Assembly (NCBI GenBank): GCA_012295275.1
Contig: CM022667.1
Span: 16,926,001 to 16,990,000 of the forward strand
Direction: 5' to 3'
From: Chrysomallon squamiferum
Taxonomy: Eukaryota; Animalia; Mollusca
Length of the DNA: 64,000 nucleotides
The notes beneath the pieces are model-generated. The model worked only from the letters and a program-made list of their open reading frames with translations. It did no database searches and had not been told where the DNA came from. Position numbers and translations under genes: made by a program. Every line of letters starts with the position of its first letter. Within the stretch, counting starts at the first letter, position 1. Shown piece after piece: positions 48,243 to 64,000 of the stretch.

Positions 48243-49045
48243 ATATATGCACGTAATATGTGTGTGTGTGTAAGTGTGTGCACATATATACATATGTGTG
48301 TGTCACAGATAAGGACTGACAAATCAAATAATAAAAAACAAATTCGTCTTTAAAGCATGTATTAACTATATTCATCACTCCAAGTCAGTGAATCTTAGCA
48401 TGCCCTCTTGTTTCATTGTGTAACCTCCCTTCTTTTTCCCTGCGACATTAAAACAAAGCGTGCAGTGTAACGTGGCACCTGATGCATGAAAGAAAAGAAC
48501 ATAACTGTTTTATGCGTCACTATTGTTACAGAGATAAGCTGCGACACGAAACAATGCTTTTTATTAAAAGACACTATGTTTATTGCTATATGGCACAATA
48601 AAAAAAAGCAGCAACAGCATTCGCATAAGTCACGTTTTGTCTGTGTCAACAGTTAATGTAACACTGCCACGTAAATCATTTATTTCTCGTTCCGAAACGG
48701 TGAGTGAAAGAAAGAGAAAGGGAAGGAAAGAGAGTAAAAATGATAATAATGTCTCGATTTCTTTCGTTCTTTTTATCTCTTTGTGAAAAAAGTGAGCGAA
48801 TTTCACGAAAAGGAATGATAGAAAGAAAGATGGAATTTAGAAAGAACAACTGAAATGAAAAAGAATGTGAAAAAACCCACAAAAACGAGCAGAATGAAAA
48901 TATTGTGTCGTTTCTATCACATAAGGTCATGCTGAGAGTTATACGTAAAATGTGTTTGTCTGAAACTGTCCGTCAAATACTGAAACAAAAATGTTATGCT
49001 TTGTATTTGCTTGAAATATTGTCAAAATACGAAATTCTTACATTT

Positions 49046-49123
<78 letters not shown>

Positions 49124-49209
49124 TGCTTGTATTTCTATGGCCATATTTTGTATAAATTTGTTCCTGTCGTTCACAGGTTTTTTTCAGTTATATAAAAATA
49201 AATTAAAAT

Positions 49210-49272
<63 letters not shown>

Positions 49273-49615
49273 CGATATATGAAATCCAAGGCAAGAAATC
49301 CTTACCTTATTTTCCACGTCCACTCTCTTGTGTAAAGAATGTTTGAACTGCAAAAAGACGGCGATGCAGATTGAACGAGAAAACGAAAGCAAATAAACTC
49401 TGTCAATCTTGGACGCGTACAGTTTGAACCTGGTTTAAGTCATCTTGCCCGTACATTCAAGTCGTGTGTAAACATCACGTACACAGTTCCTGTTACGTGG
49501 GACGATCATGCCTTGGAAATAAAAACCTCAGGCAATTTTAGAAAAGAAGGAAAAATACTTGATTCTGTCAATTAGATTATTGACGTTTTTGAAGGTTTCT
49601 TTTTTTTTTTTTTCT

Positions 49616-49647
<32 letters not shown>

Positions 49648-50297
49648 CAGATCAGACGAATCTGAAGAAAAGATTTTAATTACTTTTTAATATTCATTAG
49701 AAATTATGCCTAGAATAAACATTTAATTGATATTGATTACGGACACACGTAAGGGCGGACGGGCTGACAGACACAATGACAGATTGGTGATAAAATTAAT
49801 ACACATGTCATGAAAACTGAAAAGGAAGATTAAAAGTTAAAAAAAATCGATATCTTTGTGTCGTGAAGCAATTATTATTATTATTATTGTCGCCGTTTTT
49901 TGTTGTTGTTGTTTGTTGGTTTAATTTCCCACTTGAAAGATTTAGCTTCGTTTACTATAGGCTACATAGCCGATACACGTGCATATGAACTTACTTACTC
50001 ACTTGCTTACTTACTTACATATACTTACTTCATTGTTATTTTACAGTATAGACCCACTGAAGAAAAAATAACTTTCAGAGATAACACTGTTTCCAGTTTT
50101 TATTTCAGAACAAATAGGCACATGATAATTTCAGTAACGGCTGTTATCACACATTCTTTCTGAAGGACGAGACAGAAGAAGAACCAGACGATATAGAACA
50201 AGGGCAGCAGCAAGAACAACAAGAAGGACAAATGGATCAAGAAGGTCTGGAATAACTGCGAGATAAAAGCGACGTCCATGTTGAAGCTGCTGTCAGT

Positions 50298-51536
50298 TTA
50301 ATCAGACACTGTTTTCTTGCACAGTGCTCCTCTGGGCAAAGCAATCGTCTGTCCAGGCTTCCCGTACTTCGGGTTTGTCTTGTAAACTTCCAAAACGCAG
50401 TTCAGAAGGTCAAACACAGCTTTAAAGAAAGAACTGGTTGATAGAGGATTAAATCGTTTTAATAAAACGGTATGTGTCTACAAACATAGAAGTAAACAGA
50501 TAAAATGGTGTGCATATAGAGACATAAAGTTAGTATACATTCTGGAAAATATAATTTAAAGAAATAAATATTGTAAATATTTAAATCTCTTTAATAAGGA
50601 CAATATGGATATATAGACAAACACATGTATAAAATCATATACACACATACGCTTGAGTGTATGAACAGAGTTTATGTAGATTCTAGAAAACAAAATAAAA
50701 TATATTTAATGAAAGACGTTGTTGAAAATGATTAAATTTCCTTTAATAACAATATGTACGAGTACACAAAGATATAAACATAAACGTATACGTACATAGA
50801 TATATAAATACAACAACAACAACAATGTAATAATAATAATAATAATAGTAAATTAATTAAAAATAACTTATTACAGTAAAACAGTAACTCTAGAAAGGAA
50901 TCCTTATACGGATTTTAATATCAATTATTCTTTTATCGGTAAGCAGGTAAATCCACCTACCACTAACCCTTTTCCCCAAGCCTGTATCTGTTTCTACCTT
51001 AGCCACTCAGTCATTGCTTTCTTTTTTTCTTCTACTGTAATAACAGACAAACTAACCGGTAACGTCAGACGTTTGTTGGTCAGTAAGCTTAGGACTACGG
51101 TGGATCGGGAAATCCAGATCGTCTACGTCAGCGAGGACGTTCAGAGCACCCTGTTTGTCAGTTGGGGCAGGAAGACTTGATGCTGTCGTCTTTCTTTGTT
51201 TAGAACTCTCGATACGCTCTGCAATTTGAGTCACGTTCAATATTTCGTACCTGAAGAAGAGGTAAATTTAATACCAAAATAGCAGATATAGTATCAATCA
51301 GTTATTTTAGTGTATTTATAACTGTTAGATTTTTCGTTGGTTCTTCTGTTACACTTAATGCATAGTTCTGTTTGTATCTACGTATAAAGACTTACATGTT
51401 GAAGTGAAAGTAAACGCCTGGCTGGTTCATCATCACTTCTTGGATACCAATTTCAGATAAAGAAGATCCTCGTCGCGGAGCTATCTCGAAGTTCACTAAT
51501 GTCTGCGTAGTGTCCATTAGATCAGCAAAATTTACA
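50298..51536 (-). pseudogene. Duplicated last three exons of the peptidase C45 gene (partial copy)
   Basis: Exons 51536-51396, 51250-51057 and 50419-50298 are near-identical to 54401-54261, 54115-53922 and 53284-53163 (offset 2865). One visible amino acid difference: PTDKQG vs PTDIQG. Confidence 0.8.
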
Positions 51537-51910
51537 CTGAAAAACAAGGAATCAACAGACAGAGAGACAGAGGCGGAAAGGCAGACCGAGATTACAGTTA
51601 GATGTACAATGAGAGGAAAGATGGGTGATGGCTGGACTGGAAAAGGCATATTGGCATAGACACACAGACAGAAAGATTCATAAACAGAAAGGTTGATAGA
51701 CAGTCAGCCAGACGGACTGGAAGATGGATAGGCTGTGTGTGGGAAGGTTGCTAGTTACGTACGATGGAAAGACAGACTGATAAGCGAATCATTTTTAAAA
51801 ATAAGTATGTACACGTCTGAGGAGTGTTATAATAATTTGTCAGTAAGTATGAAAACTTTTCTGTTTATTCGTTTGGTTAAATTTAAAATATATTCTGAAT
51901 CTTTAATTTG

Positions 51911-51998
<88 letters not shown>

Positions 51999-52084
51999 AT
52001 TGCTTGTATTTCTATGGCCATATTTTGTATAAATTTGTTCCTGTCGTTCACAGGTTTTTTTCAGTTATATAAAAATAAATTAAA

Positions 52085-52139
<55 letters not shown>

Positions 52140-52467
52140 CGATATATGAAATCCAAGGCAAGAAATCCTTACCTTATTTTCCACGTCCACTCTCTCGTGT
52201 AAAGAATGTTTGAACTGCAAAAAGACGGCGATGCAGATTGAACGAGAAAACGAAAGCAAATAAACTCTGTCAATCTTGGACGCGTACAGTTTGAACCTGG
52301 TTTAAGTCATCTTGCCCGTACATTCAAGTCGTGTGTAAACATCACGTACACAGTTCCTGTTACGTGGGACGATCATGCCTTGGAAATAAAAACCTCAGGC
52401 AATTTTAGAAAAGAAGGAAAAATACTTGATTCTGTCAATTAGATTATTGACGTTTTTGAAGGTTTCT

Positions 52468-52512
<45 letters not shown>

Positions 52513-53162
52513 CATATCAGACGAATCTGAAGAAAAGATTTTAATTACTTTTTAATATTCATTAGAAATTATGCCTAGAATAAACATTTAATTGATATTG
52601 ATTACGGACACACGTAAGGGCGGACGGGCTGACAGACACAATGATAGATTGGTGATAAAATTAATACACATGTCATGAAAACTGAAAAGGAAGATTAAAA
52701 GTTAAAAAAAATCGATATCTTTGTGTCGTGAAGCAATTATTATTATTATTATTGTCGCCGTTTTTTGTTGTTGTTGTTTGTTGGTTTAATTTCCCACTTG
52801 AAAGATTTAGCTTCGTTTACTATAGGCTACATAGCCGATACACGTGCATATGAACTTACTTACTCACTTGCTTACTTACTTACATATACTTACTTCATTG
52901 TTATTTTACAGTATAGACCCACTGAAGAAAAAATAACTTTCAGAGATAACACTGTTTCCAGTTTTTATTTCAGAACAAATAGGCACATGATAATTTCAGT
53001 AACGGCTGTTATCACACATTCTTTCTGAAGGACGAGACAGAAGAAGAACCAGACGATATAGAACAAGGGCAGCAGCAAGAACAACAAGAAGGACAAATGG
53101 ATCAAGAAGGTCTGGAATAACTGCGAGATAAAAGCGACGTCCATGTTGAAGCTGCTGTCAGT

Positions 53163-60197
<7,035 letters not shown>

Positions 60198-61881
60198 TTT
60201 CCAAACTGCTTCCTTCAAGATATAAATAAGTAAAATATCATTTTTAATTATTAAGTTTAAATTTAGTTTTCTTTGTTCCTTACTATACGACAAATAATAA
60301 AAACGATTCTGTTTTCCTGCCTCTGGGAAAGCAAAAATGAAAAATCCCTTTCTGCTGGAAGTAAACAAAATGTATGGATTACTTTAAAACACAGAATGCT
60401 TGATTTGAATGGCCACTGATAGGAAATTAGAATGTGGTACATTATATATATAAATATATATATATATATGAAACACCAAGCGAAATTAAAGAAACAATGA
60501 AAGAATAAAGTAAGAATTTGTCTCTGATTAAAATATATCAAATCTTTGATAATTTAAGAAATATATCGTATACTTTCAATTCTTTTAATTTTTGCACATA
60601 CCTATAAAAGAGAAAGATAGCTTACTTCTCGTTGCAAATTCAGAATAACTGCTTTTACTGCTTCTAAGTATTGCGTTGACTTCAAGACCATGTGATGCAA
60701 AAAAGAATTGACCAAAATTGAATTTGTTGAAATAAATTTTAATATTTTAACATAATCCATAATTATTACAGTCCACAAGAACAAGTAATCAATAATCATA
60801 TAACTCATTAAGGTCTTAGATTATTTTTTAATTTTTTTTTTTCTGAATCCAGAATTAAAACGTTTATATTGCATTTAAAAAGTACTTCTGAACCAGATGT
60901 TACTGAGGGAATTGCAGATTTTTTATCGATTTTTTTTTTCTTGTTGGTTTTTGTTGTATTTTTTCTGTTGTTTTGGGGGTTATTGTTGGGGGTTTTTTTG
61001 CGTTGTTGTTGTTATTTGTTAGTATTTTGAAGGTACTTTTATATTTAGAACTGATTTTTATTCGTTTCGTTATTTGTTGTTGTTGTTTTTTATTCACCTG
61101 CATCCCTCTTTCTACTCCGCCTCCTCCTCCCCCTTCTTCTACATCTAATTATTTTATTATTATTATTATTATTATTATTTTTATTTATTTATTTATTTAT
61201 TTAATTCTCTTTCAATAAGAATGAGTTTAATAATTGTGTTTTCCAGGGTAAGGCAATATATAAATATAAAATATCGACATTTCTGGTTTTTAAAATCTTT
61301 AACCAGTTATACATTACAACTTCAAAAGGAGTAGATTTCATAGTATTTCTGTATTTCTTAGATGATCACGTATGAAAATGCCTATTTTCCATACACGTAC
61401 ATATACTCAATTTTTAAAAGATTTATGGGAGGTTTTTCGGTTTTTCTCCGTAAACGTTAACAATAAATTGAAGCATATGTTAAACAACTTCAAGGTCCTA
61501 AGCAAATTTTATTTTACATACTTGAAAAAACCTTTAAAAAAATTTGACTTTCAATTTTTATAACTGTTTTGCTTCAGTGAATGGAGTCTTTGTGTATATT
61601 TATTTTGTTTTGTTATTTTTGTCAGTTATATTTTTATTTATTCATTCATTCATCCATTTAGTTATTTATTTATTTATTGTTGCTATTGTCGTTTGCTAGT
61701 AACCTTAACTCATTTCTACTTAACCAGTTCATATTTCTTCATTATATTGATCGCGAAACAGAGGAAACTAAACGGTGATACGCACATATGAAAACATAAT
61801 GCACATCGTCAATATACATGTGTATATATATGTTTGTATATCTATATCTGTATCTATAATCTATCTATCTATCTATCTATC

Positions 61882-61913
<32 letters not shown>

Positions 61914-62343
61914 GATAGATATAGATATATATGGTGTAGGTTCATACATTTCTTCTCGATTTTTTACTCTTTTTTTCTGAAAGTTTTTTCTGTAAATAAA
62001 TTTTCTTCGCCGAGTTTGCATTTTAAGAGTACACATCTGTTTATCGTTTACTGGGGCGACGTGTGACCTGTGTGGCGAGAACGTGACCCGCGTGGCACGG
62101 TTATCAGACACTGCAGGGTAACGATTAACATATCGACGTGAATGGTTGGTAGGTTCTTGGATCGCGTCCTGTTAATGTATTATATATCGTGTTCAAGACT
62201 GTCTTTATGTATGTATGTATGTATGTACGTACGTACGTATGTGTGTAGGTTATATATTTGTATACATATATTTGTATATAATAAATATACATACATATAT
62301 ATGCATACTCATACACGTTTGTTTCTCTGTTTCAGTGCAGTCA

Positions 62344-62381
<38 letters not shown>

Positions 62382-62630
62382 GCGACGAAATGATAGAATC
62401 TCTATTATTTTTATTTCATTAAACAACACATATATTTTTGCAACATACTTTCATTTGGAATGTATTTGTTTTGTTCTTTTTGTCTGGATTTCGGTTTATA
62501 AATCAAAATTATATATATATAAAACCATCTGTTAGTATAAAAGGTTAAGTAAGTTGATAAAGTAGAATTGGAAGATATTTCATTACATCCAATAGTGTAA
62601 CGTAAACCATGTTTTGTTTTTAAAAATCCG

Positions 62631-62754
<124 letters not shown>

Positions 62755-62877
62755 TTATGGTTTTATCTTTACATGGCAAGAACATCTTCTTTAATAGAAC
62801 TCTTTCTTTTCTTTCTTTTTTTTTAAAGTATTAGTAGTAGTAACAGTAGTAATAGAAATAATTTTAAAAAAAAGAAA

Positions 62878-62909
<32 letters not shown>

Positions 62910-62923
62910 TTAACTTGTATATG

Positions 62924-63638
62924 TTAAGGTATCCACGGCTGCCAGGCACCACCGTGAAGCTTGGGATTTCCTCTTGGATCAAACGGTTTATTTCCAGGAG
63001 GAATCATCGTGTAGCTGTATTCTTGTAATCTCGTCAACAGCTTAATTACAATGTCTTTGTGGTCGTCGGCGATGTTGTTGTATTCACAGGGATCGCTGGG
63101 GATGTGGTAGAGACAAGGTGATTTTTTTGGTTGACAATTTGTGCTAGCATTGGCTGGTTTTGGACCGCATTTGACCCGAACTGACGCCAGCCTAGCGAAT
63201 TTTAAATACGTTTCATGTCCTTGTTTAAGAATTAAATCGTTACGGTCTGTGAAAGTGGTAAAGTTGTCTACGTGCATGATGGCATCGTCGCTGGTTAACT
63301 GCCACGGCGGATACCAGCCGTCCCAGCCGACTCCGACCTCACCAGTTAACAGTTTGTAGTCTCCGACCCTCAGTCCACTCTGTTTTCTGATCGGGTCAAT
63401 GTTGTGCAACATTTCTGATCTAACCGCTTTTCCATTGGTTGACAGCATTTGCCACGAGTCCACGCCGTCGACGTGTTTAAGTGTGGCAGGGTTACCTCCC
63501 GCTGCTCTGAACAGCGTGGGCAGCCAGTCCGTGACGTGCATCATCTGCTCGGCGACGTACCCAGACTGGTGGAATAACGGACTGTGCACAAACCCTGCTC
63601 CGCGTACCCCTCCTTCCCACAGGCTGGCCTTTACACCT
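62924..63638 (-). CDS. Arylsulfatase B/I/J-like, terminal exon; the rest of the gene lies beyond the window
   Basis: GVKASLWEGGVRG, HVTDWLPTL, DGVDSW, LHNIDP, LRVGDYKL, CLYHIPSDPCEYNN and GAWQPW are typical ARSB-family C-terminal motifs. Acceptor cag just upstream of 63638. Confidence 0.93.
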
Positions 63639-64000
63639 CTGTACAATAACAATAATAACAACAACAACAACAATAATAATAACAACAACAATAACAATAT
63701 TTTAATAATAATAAACAAATAAACAAAAATAATAATTATAATAAACAAATATAAAAACGAAGTCTCTAATATTGAGACTGAAGAAGTGTAAGTGTGTCTT
63801 TATTTTAACAGATACTGTTATAGATACTATATGCAAAACTTTAATAATACGTAAGCAGTAACAACAATTCCGATACCTTTCAACTGTGCTCTGTTCTTGA
63901 TATCTTAAAATATGAAACGGAACAGTCTGTTACAGTTTCCAGCACGTGGCAGTCATAGTCGTAACCGTTGTCAAGTGGAATCCACAATGACGTCATAATT

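Noticed and set aside
49305-49530. Possible alternative first exon of STEAP on - (strong AAG|GTAAGG donor near 49305)
   Set aside because: There is no clear coding signal and it lies inside the duplicated unit; it cannot be supported without transcripts.

Overview
AT-rich, microsatellite-dense eukaryotic DNA with GT-AG introns, probably from a mollusc. The mollusc call is an inference from the C-terminal 'LNKRNLTxYKRQxxSVPDxRP+TM' module and the repeat landscape. I assembled seven spliced genes by hand. Genes 1-2 are a tail-to-tail inverted pair of probably secreted F-type lectin (fucolectin) + PAN/apple proteins (2624-4680 +, 8629-11593 -). Genes 3-4 are a head-to-head inverted pair of 13-exon type I membrane proteins (14640-25371 -, 27374-37840 +) with the architecture SP-Sushi-Sushi-F-lectin-like-Sushi-F-lectin/F5/8-like-Kringle-Kringle-unknown 4-Cys domain-mucin stalk-TM. 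One has a basic stalk and an in-frame TAG, the other an acidic stalk, and both pairs show patchy exon homogenisation. Gene 5 is a STEAP-family metalloreductase with a 1-nt frameshift. Gene 6 is a secreted peptidase C45/Tan-like Ntn hydrolase whose last three exons sit in a 2865-bp tandem duplication. Gene 7 is the last exon of an arylsulfatase B-like gene. Most entries in the supplied ORF track are microsatellite or antisense artefacts. The best candidate for an undescribed system is the four-gene F-lectin cluster at about 2.6-37.8 kb.
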